NCBI GenBank assembly: GCA_963851055.1
Contig: CAWKMY010000006.1
Coordinates: 78,965 to 142,964, forward strand
DNA: 64,000 bases
Direction: 5' to 3'
Origin: an uncultured bacterium
GTDB lineage: Bacteria; Patescibacteriota; Minisyncoccia; Phycocordibacterales; PALSA-1337
Part shown: positions 45,788 to 56,275 of the stretch, piece after piece
How positions within the stretch are numbered: the stretch's first letter is position 1
How the letters are laid out: the number at the start of each line of letters is the position of its first letter
Notes under the pieces: model-generated
Told to the model about the DNA's origin: nothing
The model's database searches: none
What the model saw: only the letters and a program-made list of their open reading frames with translations
Position numbers and translations under genes: made by a program

Positions 45788-47071
45788 ATGAAAATATCTC
45801 ATAAAAATTTAGCGACGGCTCTGATCCTTGTTGGGATATTAGCGCCAATCATGACTTATGCCGATGTTCCCAGTACATATACACCTTTGGCTCCGTTGCC
45901 ATGCATAAGTGGCAATTCTACGAGCATTGGTTGTACCGTCAATGATAAAACGGTTGCTAATGGAGCTCCAATGACAATTGTGGATGTAAACTCTTACGTT
46001 CAATACACATTCAATCTCCTGATAGCCCTAGCTGCTGTGGCGGCGGTTTTCATGATCACTTGGGGAGGATTTGAATATATGACTTCTGTAGCGCCAGGAA
46101 GTAAGACAGATGGTTTAGGGAAGGTTCGGAATGCCATTTACGGATTATTGCTTGTTTTGTGCTCATTTCTCATATTGAAAGCTATAAATCCGCAGTTCGT
46201 GCAGGTGCCGCAAGGGTTGGTGGCGCCATTGGATATTTGCAAGACGAATCCAAGTTTGTGTACGAATATGCTTTCTACTTGGGCGGCACAGCTGCAAAGC
46301 CAACAAGCAAACTTTGATGCACAACAAAAAACGGACCTGCAACAAGCATCAGACCTAATCAATCAAAACATCACCCTTGTTAGCGACTCTACAACATTGG
46401 CTTCTGACATAGTGTCTTTGACGAATCCGTCTTATGCAAACAACATAGCTCAAGCATGTAAAGATTTCGCCGATGATGAGAACGTCGCCGCCGATTGCGC
46501 TGAATGGCAGACCGATCAGGTTGCTATACAAAACAATAAAAATTCTTCCGATTTATTGAGTGGCGAAGCAAATTTTGCTTCATTGGCCTCAAAATCTGCG
46601 CAGGCTGCAAATACCACATGGACCGGTGCATTGAACATGACCAATACTACCAATGCACTGAACGACCTTCAAACTGCCTATAACACAACAAAAAATAAGC
46701 TTGAATCAGAAGGTGTCACAAGTGATCAAATTCAACCTTTAACCGATACATATAATAGTACTGACGGACAAATCAGATTGATAGAGGCAAACAACATCAA
46801 TAATGGTGGTTTTTCTGACTATGCTTCCCCTAACATATCCACTGAAATTAAAGACTTCAATACTATAGTCAACACGGACACAAACAGTTCAACAGAAGCT
46901 ACGCTTACCCCACTATCTGTTAACCAAGCAATGGATGACTTTGCTACTAAATACTACGATGCGAACAAGGTGTACTTCACACAAGACTTTAGTGCTGCGG
47001 TAAATAATGCCACTACGCCTCAAGAAAAATTAGACGTAATAAACAATTTGAGCAAATATCAAGGATTTTAG
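45788..47071 (+). CDS. T4SS pilin-like (TrbC/VirB2-type two-helix domain) protein with long C-terminal extension
   Basis: Signal peptide, then FNLLIALAAVAAVFMITWGGFEYMTS...GKVRNAIYGLLLVLCSFLILKAINPQF (the CPR T4SS_pilin pattern). Confidence 0.65.
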   Translation: MKISHKNLATALILVGILAPIMTYADVPSTYTPLAPLPCISGNSTSIGCTVNDKTVANGAPMTIVDVNSYVQYTFNLLIALAAVAAVFMITWGGFEYMTSVAPGSKTDGLGKVRNAIYGLLLVLCSFLILKAINPQFVQVPQGLVAPLDICKTNPSLCTNMLSTWAAQLQSQQANFDAQQKTDLQQASDLINQNITLVSDSTTLASDIVSLTNPSYANNIAQACKDFADDENVAADCAEWQTDQVAIQNNKNSSDLLSGEANFASLASKSAQAANTTWTGALNMTNTTNALNDLQTAYNTTKNKLESEGVTSDQIQPLTDTYNSTDGQIRLIEANNINNGGFSDYASPNISTEIKDFNTIVNTDTNSSTEATLTPLSVNQAMDDFATKYYDANKVYFTQDFSAAVNNATTPQEKLDVINNLSKYQGF

Positions 47072-47115
47072 GATTCTATTAGGTATAAATATCAATACAT
47101 GTAAGTATCAATAAA

Positions 47116-48372
47116 ATGTCCTCTCAAAAAAACAAAACTCTCCTTGTCGTAATAATAGCCATCGTACTATTACTGCTAGCTGGACTGGCTTTCTGGTACT
47201 TCTTCCTCCGCTCTCCGGCTCCTGCCACCACAACCACAAATCCACCGGCCACAGGATACTCACCATTCGGCAGAAATGGCACTAGTAACAACGGCACCGG
47301 CAGTACCGCCACGACCACAAACACCAACCCGAACACGAATTCCCTGACTCAATTACCGGCCCTTCGCGAGCTGTCAGCCACGCCAGTCGGTGGATACGCC
47401 GCTTCTACGACCGCTTCAACGACTATCATCCGATGGATAGACAGAGGAAGAGGGAACATTCTGCAAGCAACCGAGGATTCATTGAATGTCACGACACTAT
47501 CGAACACACTTCTTCCGAAAATGTACACGAGTGTATGGGGCAAGAGCTTGAGTTCACTCATTGGCTCAGTCCTAGGTGACGATGATGCCACCATATCGAC
47601 TCTGTATGCCACTTTAACGCCTCAAGCTACTAGCACCACTGTCGCTCCATACGCATTGCATGGCAAAAACCTTCCGGCTAATATCGTCTCTTACGCCGTA
47701 TCACCAAAGAAAGATCAGGTATTCCTATTCGCAGTACAGAACGGCCAAGGTGTCGGTTATATAGCGCCTTTTAACGGTGGCACGGCTACAGAGATATTCT
47801 CAACGCCTGTCACCCAAGTCAACGTGGATTGGCCGGAAACCAATACCATCGTCATAACCACCAAGGGCTCGGCTAGCGATAGCGGCTATCTCTATTTCGT
47901 CGACCCAACCACAGGTATTTGGAAGAAAATCCTAGGCCCATTACCAGGCCTTTCCGCCAAAGTCAGCCGCGATGCCAAATATGCCATCATATCAGTGTCT
48001 GACGGAGCTAGTGGCGTGTTAACTGATATATATTCCGTAGCCACATCGACCGGCACCGATGCAGTTATTCGCACCCTTGCCGATAAATGCGCTTGGGGTA
48101 ATTTTTATAAAGACTTGGTCTATTGCGCCGTGCCTTTCCAGCCGGTTTCAGGGACATACCCCGATGATTGGTATAAGGGAACATTATCGACTGTCGACAA
48201 TGTATGGCAGGTCAATGCGGTCACAGGCGAAGTTCATCTGGTCTCATCTCTGTTCGAACAAGCCAAGGCGAATATAGACGCTTTCAACCTGTCGTTGGAC
48301 GATAAAGACAACTATTTATTCTTCATGAACAAGCTCGACTTGTCGCTATGGTCGTTAGACCTTGTTCTCTAG
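47116..48372 (+). CDS. membrane-anchored hypothetical protein
   Basis: N-terminal TM helix LLVVIIAIVLLLLAGLAFWYFF, then a T/N-rich linker. 418 aa. Confidence 0.55.
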   Translation: MSSQKNKTLLVVIIAIVLLLLAGLAFWYFFLRSPAPATTTTNPPATGYSPFGRNGTSNNGTGSTATTTNTNPNTNSLTQLPALRELSATPVGGYAASTTASTTIIRWIDRGRGNILQATEDSLNVTTLSNTLLPKMYTSVWGKSLSSLIGSVLGDDDATISTLYATLTPQATSTTVAPYALHGKNLPANIVSYAVSPKKDQVFLFAVQNGQGVGYIAPFNGGTATEIFSTPVTQVNVDWPETNTIVITTKGSASDSGYLYFVDPTTGIWKKILGPLPGLSAKVSRDAKYAIISVSDGASGVLTDIYSVATSTGTDAVIRTLADKCAWGNFYKDLVYCAVPFQPVSGTYPDDWYKGTLSTVDNVWQVNAVTGEVHLVSSLFEQAKANIDAFNLSLDDKDNYLFFMNKLDLSLWSLDLVL

Positions 48373-49131
48373 ATGCCTTTTACGAATATACAATTCCTGT
48401 CCCAACGTGAATAAGGAACTCACCGACCAGTAAATGGCAATAATGGCCGCGGCTTGTGGAAATCTCGCCGGAATGATCCAGTAGGTGGAGGCGAAAGCGA
48501 TGATGGGTAGTAAAAATTTCATCTGATTGTTCATCGAACTCGCCATGTCTGATGGACTTTTGGCTCCGTTGTTCTGTTGTTTATTCATGGCCACAGCCGT
48601 CCTCTGTTGCCTAGAAGCCAACGAATAATGCATTTGGAAAAACTGTATTACTGCAGTGACCAACGAAAGTATCAAACTCGGCCTCGTCAAATCGATTCCT
48701 AGAAAATTCGTATGGAGAGTTGCCGGAAGGTGGGCTAAAACTACGGAATAGAGCAAACTATGATCAATTGTCGGGATTATCTTATAAAAAACGGATATCA
48801 AGGCCAAGAGTATGGGCAACTGTATTACAAGCAAAAGAACCCCTGAAAATGGATGAATGCCTTTTGATTTATACAATTCCATGACTTTCAAGCCTTGAGC
48901 TTGTTTGTCATCTTTGTATTGGAGCTTGATCTTATTTGCTTCCGGCTCGACTTCTTTCATCCTGACCTGGGTGATCAGGGCCTGTTTTGAAAGCGGAAAT
49001 ATTATTAGTCGTACGATGATAGTGAAGATTATGACGGCTATGCCCACATCTATCCATGGAAGTATATCCATAAGGCCCACCAAGCCGTTGTAGAGGGGTT
49101 GAAATATGGCTTCGTGATAGAGGTTATACAT
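48355..49131 (-). CDS. yidC: membrane protein insertase YidC (short form)
   Basis: IFTIIVRLIIFPLSKQ...MKEVEPE...YKSKGIHPFSG. Synteny with rnpA-rpmH. Confidence 0.9.
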   Translation of the reverse strand: MYNLYHEAIFQPLYNGLVGLMDILPWIDVGIAVIIFTIIVRLIIFPLSKQALITQVRMKEVEPEANKIKLQYKDDKQAQGLKVMELYKSKGIHPFSGVLLLVIQLPILLALISVFYKIIPTIDHSLLYSVVLAHLPATLHTNFLGIDLTRPSLILSLVTAVIQFFQMHYSLASRQQRTAVAMNKQQNNGAKSPSDMASSMNNQMKFLLPIIAFASTYWIIPARFPQAAAIIAIYWSVSSLFTLGQELYIRKRHLENKV

Positions 49132-49159
49132 ATATATGCACCAGCGCGATGAAAGTTAA

Positions 49160-49495
49160 CTATACACTAATTTTTGCCTTAACGAAAAGAGCTTTGAGGT
49201 CAGTGGCGATAGACTTCACATCAGCTTTAGCCACTTCAGCTTTGGTGAATATGATGGCGTGTGTGCCAGGAATAATTGAATTTATGACTGGCTGCACGGC
49301 TTCATATATCCGCCGACGAATCCTATTTCTGGCCACAGCCGTCGAAGCAATCTTTTTTGGTGCCACAGCCGAAATTTTAGTACCCTGATCTACTGTAATA
49401 GTTCTGATAATGAAAAGAGGGGAGTGATAGACCTTCCCCTTATCCATAACTTCCATGAACTCTTTCGTGGAAAGCCTTTGTGATTTTTTGAGCAT
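49160..49495 (-). CDS. rnpA: ribonuclease P protein component
   Basis: KKSQRLSTKEF...ARNRIRRRIYEA (RNR motif). The start was moved to MLKK so it does not overlap rpmH. Confidence 0.85.
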   Translation of the reverse strand: MLKKSQRLSTKEFMEVMDKGKVYHSPLFIIRTITVDQGTKISAVAPKKIASTAVARNRIRRRIYEAVQPVINSIIPGTHAIIFTKAEVAKADVKSIATDLKALFVKAKISV

Positions 49496-49520
49496 ATTGG
49501 TCGCGCGTATGGCGCGGGCT

Positions 49521-49655
49521 CTAGACTGCAACCCTCTTGCGGCCTTTGGCCCTGCGGGCGGACAATACTTTGCGGCCTCCAGGTGTCTTCATGCGCACGC
49601 GGAAGCCGTGGCTCTTGGCACGCTTGCGCTTGTTAGGTTGGTAGGTGATAGACAT
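49521..49655 (-). CDS. rpmH: 50S ribosomal protein L34
   Basis: Hand translation gives [44 protein letters not shown] (44 aa). Too short for the ORF track. Confidence 0.93.
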   Translation of the reverse strand: MSITYQPNKRKRAKSHGFRVRMKTPGGRKVLSARRAKGRKRVAV

Positions 49656-49803
49656 GGCAAGACTATAATACAGATGAGTAAAAGAAGCAAGGAAGAAAAA
49701 ATAATTTTTGCAACTTTATTATCCCCACCTTATCAACAGGTTTTTAACATTTGCACAAGTAGGCAGAACTGTAGAGAAGTATATACTAGAGCCATTCAAA
49801 TCC

Positions 49804-51147
49804 ATGAACGATTTCACTCAAATCTGGCAGACTGCCCTCATAGAGATAAAGACCGTAGTGTCTCCGGCCAATTACTCCACATGGTTAACTACGACCAAGA
49901 TCATAAAAGAAGAAGAAGGGGTCGTGTATCTAGGGGTTCCCAATGAATTCACTAGGGAGTGGTTGATGAAAAAGTGCCATAACTCTATCCTGAAAATACT
50001 GCGCCAGATAAACGAGCGTGTCAGGGCCCTAGATTACATCATCATGAAGGATGGAGAGGTTCAAAGTTCTGTCCAGAAAAGGGCCGTTATCTCTCCGACC
50101 ATGTCCATGCCGCTCCAGGATTTCTATATCAACAAAGATGACAATTTAAATCCTCGTTATACATTCGATAATTTCGTTATCGGCCCTTTCAATGAGTTGG
50201 CTCACGCCGCTTCACAGACCGTCATAAAAAATCCAGGACGTACTTACAATCCTCTTTTCATCTATGGATCGACCGGAAGGGGAAAGACGCATCTCATCCA
50301 AGCCATAGGAAACAAGATCAAGCACGATTACCCAAATAAAAAGGTTTTTTATTTGACGTCGGAAAGATTCGGTTCAGACCTTTTAAATTCTTTCCAGGAG
50401 AATAAAACCCAGCAATTCAAGGAAAAGTACAGGAAATACGATGTTGTCATCATGGACGACGTACAATTCTTTTCCGGTAAAGAAAAGTTCCAGGAGGAGC
50501 TGTTCCATCTCTTCAATACTTTTCATGACACCGGCCGGCAGCTCGTATTCTCGTCTGATCGCCACCCGAACGTCATACCAGGTCTCGAGGATCGCATCAG
50601 GGGACGTTTCAGTGTGGGTATGATCGTCGATATACCGGAGCCAGATCAGGAATCGCGCACGGCTATCGTGCGGACAAAATGCCGCGCCAACAACATTTCC
50701 TTGTCCGACGAGATCGTGGAGTTTCTAGCCTCGGAAATAGAGGATAATATAAGGGAAATAGAGGGTATTGTTAATGTCATCGCCTGCCAGATGCAACTCA
50801 AAAATAAAGAATTGAATTTGAATGAGATCAAACATCTTCTGAAAAACAACGTAAAACCAAAGAAAAATATATCCGTAAAGGAAGTAGTTAAGATCGTTTC
50901 TGATTTTTACAACATCGACGAAGCCAGTATATACAACAAAACTCGTAGGAAAGAGGTAGTTAAGCCGCGCCAGGTGGCCATGTATCTCTTGCGTGAGGAT
51001 TTCAACATATCTTTCCCGTCTATAGGCGATAAGATGGGTGGGAGGGACCATACAACTGTGATCCATTCGTATGAGAAGGTGAAGGAGGATATAAAGAATA
51101 ATTCTGTTTTGTCGCAGGAGATAGGTCAGTTGAGAACCATGTTATAA
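49804..51147 (+). CDS. dnaA: chromosomal replication initiator DnaA
   Basis: Walker A GSTGRGKTHL, box VII, C-terminal HTH (VAMYLLRE...GGRDHTTVIHS). Start is at MNDFTQIW. Confidence 0.95.
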   Translation: MNDFTQIWQTALIEIKTVVSPANYSTWLTTTKIIKEEEGVVYLGVPNEFTREWLMKKCHNSILKILRQINERVRALDYIIMKDGEVQSSVQKRAVISPTMSMPLQDFYINKDDNLNPRYTFDNFVIGPFNELAHAASQTVIKNPGRTYNPLFIYGSTGRGKTHLIQAIGNKIKHDYPNKKVFYLTSERFGSDLLNSFQENKTQQFKEKYRKYDVVIMDDVQFFSGKEKFQEELFHLFNTFHDTGRQLVFSSDRHPNVIPGLEDRIRGRFSVGMIVDIPEPDQESRTAIVRTKCRANNISLSDEIVEFLASEIEDNIREIEGIVNVIACQMQLKNKELNLNEIKHLLKNNVKPKKNISVKEVVKIVSDFYNIDEASIYNKTRRKEVVKPRQVAMYLLREDFNISFPSIGDKMGGRDHTTVIHSYEKVKEDIKNNSVLSQEIGQLRTML

Positions 51148-51363
51148 CTTGTGGAAAAAGTGTTAGTTGTTTGGGTATATGTTTGGGTAGAAAAAAGTTA
51201 TCAAACGTTAATATAGACTTACTAACAAAATAAATATTTATCTTTTATCAAAATAACCATATTCAAGAACGTAGAAAAAATTATCCCCTTATCCACCACA
51301 CTAATAATAGTAATAAGTCTTTAATATAAATAATTAATACTATTAACACTTATCAACAATAAT
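51148..51363. other. putative oriC: AT-rich dnaA-dnaN spacer with DnaA-box-like 9-mers
   Basis: TGTGGAAAA 51150-58, TTATCCCCT 51281-89, TTATCCACC 51289-97, TTATCAACA 51350-58. Further boxes upstream of dnaA at 49719-27 and 49730-38. Confidence 0.6.
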
Positions 51364-52470
51364 ATGAAAACCGAGGTACACCTTCCACAACTAAAAAGAA
51401 TAATAAACCTTTCCGAAAGGGTTACAAAAAGGAATTCCACTCTTCCAGTGCTTTCGTGTTTACTTTTTGAAGTTAAAAAGAACAAACTAACAGTTAAAGC
51501 CACAAACTTGGATGTTGGCATAGAGGTTTCCACGGTGGCGAAATCAGATGGGGAATGGGTCGCGGCCGTTCCGGCACACACCATATCGTCTTTTGTCTCC
51601 CAAATCAGTGATCAGGATGGTGTGGTCAAAATAGAGCTTGTTTCAGGTAACCTCAACATAACATCGGCGAAATCCAAAGTAACCATAAAAACAGTTTCTC
51701 CCGACGATTTTCCATCCATCCCACGCGTATCCGATGGTAAAAAAACAACATTATCCGCAGATATATTCCTCAAAGGGTTAAAATCAGTTTATTACAGCTC
51801 ATCTATTTCCAGCGTCAAACCGGAACTATCAAGTGTTTATATTTACAAGAACGCAGAAAATTTGGTCTTTGCGGCTACTGACTCATTTCGCCTGGCGGAG
51901 AAGAAAGTGAAGATACCCACAGGATCTGATCTGGAGGATATACTTATTCCGTTCAAAAACACACCAGACATCATAAGGGTTTTGGAAGGAGTTGGTGGAG
52001 ATGTGGTGGTTTGTTCCAATAAAAACCTCATTTCTTTTGAATCAGACGGTGTATATTTGACTTCACGGATCATAGACGGAGTATTTCCCGATTATCATCA
52101 AATCGTTCCAAAGAATCACTCGACGGAAGCTGTTGCCTTGAAACAAGACACCATAAACGCATTGAAGGTATCAAATGTTTTTACCGATAAATTCAACCAA
52201 GTAAAGTTCATTATCGATCCAAAAGGTAAACTGTTCGAGATACAGACGAAAAATTCCGATGTTGGGGAAAATGCGACCGTAGTAGACGCGGCTCTTTCAG
52301 GGGAGAAGATAGAGATAAATTTCAACGGAAAATATATCTCCGATTGCTTCCAGTCCATAGACGCCGACAGCGTCTCTTTCCAATTGGGTGGCTTGAATAA
52401 GCCCATGGTTATCCGTCCGGCTTCAGGCGACGGCACTTTCATGTATCTGGTCATGCCCATGAATCGCTAA
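51364..52470 (+). CDS. dnaN: DNA polymerase III beta sliding clamp
   Basis: 368 aa. Position after dnaA. C-terminal ...KPMVIRPA...YLVMPM motif. Confidence 0.93.
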   Translation: MKTEVHLPQLKRIINLSERVTKRNSTLPVLSCLLFEVKKNKLTVKATNLDVGIEVSTVAKSDGEWVAAVPAHTISSFVSQISDQDGVVKIELVSGNLNITSAKSKVTIKTVSPDDFPSIPRVSDGKKTTLSADIFLKGLKSVYYSSSISSVKPELSSVYIYKNAENLVFAATDSFRLAEKKVKIPTGSDLEDILIPFKNTPDIIRVLEGVGGDVVVCSNKNLISFESDGVYLTSRIIDGVFPDYHQIVPKNHSTEAVALKQDTINALKVSNVFTDKFNQVKFIIDPKGKLFEIQTKNSDVGENATVVDAALSGEKIEINFNGKYISDCFQSIDADSVSFQLGGLNKPMVIRPASGDGTFMYLVMPMNR

Positions 52471-52508
52471 ACAAACATCATTTTTAGATACGAGAATCAG
52501 ATAAAAGT

Positions 52509-52769
52509 ATGATTAGTATAGGCGAATTTTTCAAGCGCATAGGAGGTATTCAATCCCAGGAAATAGCTTTTCGTACAGGCATTCAGACAGCCATGAAAGA
52601 AATAATAGGTATCGATATACCTATTGAGTCTATAACATTCAAATCAGGAACGATTTCATTAAAAAACATATCGTCAGGGGCACGCTCATCTATTTTCATA
52701 AAAAAGACGGCTATTATCGAACACGCCAATCAACTCCAATCAGCTCATAAGATAACCGATATCCGTTAG
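52509..52769 (+). CDS. DUF721/DciA-like small protein (tentative)
   Basis: ITFKSGTISLKNISSGARSSIFIKKTAIIEHANQL...KITDIR resembles the DUF721 pattern. Location directly after dnaN. Confidence 0.45.
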   Translation: MISIGEFFKRIGGIQSQEIAFRTGIQTAMKEIIGIDIPIESITFKSGTISLKNISSGARSSIFIKKTAIIEHANQLQSAHKITDIR

Positions 52770-55328
52770 ATCGTGGAGAAATCAACTGAAGTCGTGGCTT
52801 GGTCATAAATCGTGTCGTATAAGACTACAGATAATGTGTCCGTGGCTTGTAGGTTGCCGACATCGTTCGGTACGAACGATATAGACAAAGGATTCTGCGT
52901 ATTCGTCATGATATATTTGCCATTTAGGTATACTTCTGATTTTTGAGCCGGATATTTTCCGTATTCTTGCAGACTGACGGTCAGAAGCTTGCTCGGATCT
53001 ATGATAGCGTCTTCCTGCGGCGAAGCTACTCCTACATGTGGCATATTCGCCGGTGTATGGATGTCATCAGTCGCGGTCGGGACAGTGAAATCCGTGGTTT
53101 CCTTGAAACCAGGATTACTTTTCTGCCAAGTTGCGAACCATCCGCGCACACCGTACTCCCAATTTGCGTACTGACCATCTGAAGCCGGATCACTCGGTAT
53201 CGGTCCCAGAGGATCATCCTTACTAACCCACTGCAAAATCGAATGAACGCTGTTCGAATACTACTTCTTTTCTGGTTTCCGACGGTGTATATTGCGTGGC
53301 CACTTTTCCGGATACGGTATCTATCCAATATGATGACCCCCCCTGCCATATACCTCGCAAGACAGGTTTACCATCAGATAATGGCGGCGGTGGAGTTTTA
53401 AAATTCTCCGGAGGGAAGTTCCCGGCCACTTGGGACATGAACGCTCCCCAAACAGGAGTAATTATCAGAGCGGAGATGGCATCATTCATCGGATGATTGT
53501 CATTGTTGCCCGCCCAAGCCCCTACGACGAGGTTAGGAGTGTATCCGAGAGTCCAGACGTCTCTGTAGTCGTTAGTCGTTCCCGTCTTTATAGCGACCTG
53601 TCTGCCGACGCTGTCGGCGATCGGTTTTATGGAAGCCATGCGCACCCCGTCACTGTCATCAGAAAGGATATCGTTGATCTGTCTCGCCACTTCCGCCGGT
53701 ATGACCTGCGCGGATTGTGTTGGAGTCGCAAGAGCTTGTTCTAGGATGTTGCCTTTGGCGTCGTCCACTTCCAATATATATCTATATGGATTACGCACAC
53801 CGTCATTGGCGAAAACTCCATAGGCGCTAGTCATATCGAGTAGGCTGACTTCTCCCCCGCCTAATACCAGAGACAAGCCATAACGATCAGGTTGTGTCAG
53901 ACTGGTGATACCCATGTCCGTGGCGGTTTTGATGGAATCCGGGATTCCGGCAAGATAGAGAGCTTGGACTGCAGGAAGATTGCGCGACTGCGGCAAAGCT
54001 TGGCGGATAGTCAGAGGCCCTTCGTATTTATTATCATATTCTCCCGGCGAGTAGCATATTTTGGTTGATGAGGCCGTCGGATCTTTGGTCGTGCCATCAG
54101 GATTGCACTCCGGGGAAAATTGTATCGGAACATCCCAAAGTATAGTCTCCGGCGTGTATCCCTTTTCGAAGAGGGTGGAGTAGACGAATGGCTTGAAAGT
54201 CGATCCCGGCTGGCGGAGAGCCAAGGCGTCGTTGTAATTTCCGTCTATGGTAGGGTCGAAATAATCCCTTGAACCGACCATAGTCAGAATATCTCCGGTT
54301 TTCGGGTCTATGGCCACCATTGCAGTGTTGCTGGCATTGAAGTTCGTATTGAGGGTCGGCCCAAATTTGGTTATGACGTCTTCCGCCTTTTGCTGCATGT
54401 CGTAGTCCAGAGTAGTTATGACCTTGAGGCCGCCGGTATCTACGGCATCCTCTCCGTATTTTTGTATCAAGTAATTGAGCACGAACATGACGAAGTGCGG
54501 AGCGCGGATACTGCCGGCATTTTTGGTCAGGAAGGTGACTTTTTCAGCCAATGCAGCCTGATAATCGGCATCACTGATCATGCCGAGGTCTTTCATCCTA
54601 CCCAGAACTAATTTTGCCCTGGCATCCAGGTCTGCCGTATTGGTCCCGTATGGGGAATAATAAGTTGGCGCTTGCGGAATAGCCGCTATATAAGCGGCTT
54701 CAGCCAGAGTGACGTCGCTAGCCTGTTTACCGAAGAATTCCTGGCTGGCTTCCTCGACTCCGTATATAGTGCCTCCATAAGAAGTCTCGTTCAGATATGC
54801 TTCCAATATCTGGTCCTTGCTCATTATCCTGGTCAATTTTACCGACAGAACCCATTCCTCGATCTTTCTAGATAATGTCTTATCCTGTGTCAAAAGAGCG
54901 TTCTTGACGACCTGTTGAGTGATGGTAGAAGCTCCTTGGCTGAAGCTTCCGGTGGCTAGATCTGCCAAAAAAGCTCGGATGATGGATGTTGGCTCTATGC
55001 CTATGTTGTTATAGAAATTGGAATCCTCTATGGCGATAGAAGCTTTCTGTATATAAGGCGATATGCTCGAGAGCGGAACTACAGTGCGTTTGGCGTTAGC
55101 GCCGGTATCGTATAGTAGGACGGTGCCGGTTCTGTCGTATATTTTCGTCGATTGTACAACCTGTCTTGTTTCAAATGAATTTAGATCGGGTATCCTTAAA
55201 GAAGACACCCAGAGAGCGCCACAACCAACGAGCACCAATATAGCCGATATACAAAGCAATACGATCCGCTTTACATGACGAAAACGTTTTTTATGAGGGT
55301 GTCTCTTGGTAGAACCGCGCCTAAGCAT
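52766..55328 (-). pseudogene. penicillin-binding protein 1A (transglycosylase/transpeptidase), one frameshift about 53236
   Basis: GT51 motifs (EDSNFYNN, GASTITQQ). TP motifs (STFKP, SRN, KTGT). The C-terminal ...VVFEQ | VHSILQWVSKDDPLGP... continues into ORF 52766-53236. Confidence 0.9.
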
Positions 55329-55439
55329 AGGTATGAATTATATAGGCAAGCGAGGACATATGGCAACTGGTTGACATGGTGTCCGAGCGAAGACTATATA
55401 TGAGCGGAGCGATTATAGCACGCGTCCCGCAGACACTCG

Positions 55440-55694
55440 CTACTGTTCCCATTTGTCGCCAAAAGGGTTCAGATCCTCTTCATCTAAAGTCGGGGTTTCT
55501 TCTGCCTCCTCATCTTCTACACCAGGAGCAACAATCTCCTCGTCAACTATTTTTTCTTCAAGTTCAGGAAGAACGATTGGGGCCTCGGCCTCTATGATTT
55601 TCTTTGGTTCGACCTCATCGTCTTTCCCAACTCTTTTTTTGGCTAATTTTACTACAGGACGCGAGTTTTTTGTCTTTGTTTTTGAGTGCGGCAT
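55440..55694 (-). CDS. small acidic hypothetical protein
   Basis: MPHSKTKTKNSRPVV...DEEDLNPFGDKWEQ. The start is uncertain. Confidence 0.45.
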   Translation of the reverse strand: MPHSKTKTKNSRPVVKLAKKRVGKDDEVEPKKIIEAEAPIVLPELEEKIVDEEIVAPGVEDEEAEETPTLDEEDLNPFGDKWEQ

Positions 55695-55774
55695 ATTGTG
55701 TTGATAATTTGTAACAAAGGCTGAAGGCTTTTGCAACAATGCAGAACTGTGGAAAACTATTGAGGTCGGAAGTA

Positions 55775-56275
55775 TTAGTTTGAGCGCGCTTTTACTGCAC
55801 AGGCTGAGTGAGTCAAAGCCACGGCGATAGCATCGTATTCATCGTCAAGCATTTTTTCCCAGCTTTTTTTCTTCGGAATATCGATGAGCATTGGCAACAT
55901 TTTCATCATTTGGCTCTTATCACTTTTACCATTGCTGGTTATGGCCATTTTTATTTCCATTGGAGCGTATTCAAAGACGGGTATGTTGTGCTTCAAAGCC
56001 TCATAAATGATGATGCCACGTGCTTCTGATACACGCATAGCTGTCTTCTGATTCTTGGTAATGAAAAGGGTTTCCAGTGCCACAGCATCAGGCCCGAATT
56101 CTTTTAAGATTTGTGCAATCTCTTGCCCAACTTGTTTTAGTCGTTCATATATAGTGTCTTTTGGGGAAGTGGTGAAGCAGTCGGAATAAAGCACAACCTC
56201 TTTGCCTTTAGTTGGCTTTTCAATTACGGCAATGCCGAGACGATCGTAGCCCGGGTCTATTCCTAGGATTTTCAT
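55775..56275 (-). CDS. ruvC: crossover junction endodeoxyribonuclease RuvC
   Basis: MKILGIDPGYDRLGIAVIE...; C-terminal DEYDAIAVALTH. Confidence 0.92.
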   Translation of the reverse strand: MKILGIDPGYDRLGIAVIEKPTKGKEVVLYSDCFTTSPKDTIYERLKQVGQEIAQILKEFGPDAVALETLFITKNQKTAMRVSEARGIIIYEALKHNIPVFEYAPMEIKMAITSNGKSDKSQMMKMLPMLIDIPKKKSWEKMLDDEYDAIAVALTHSACAVKARSN

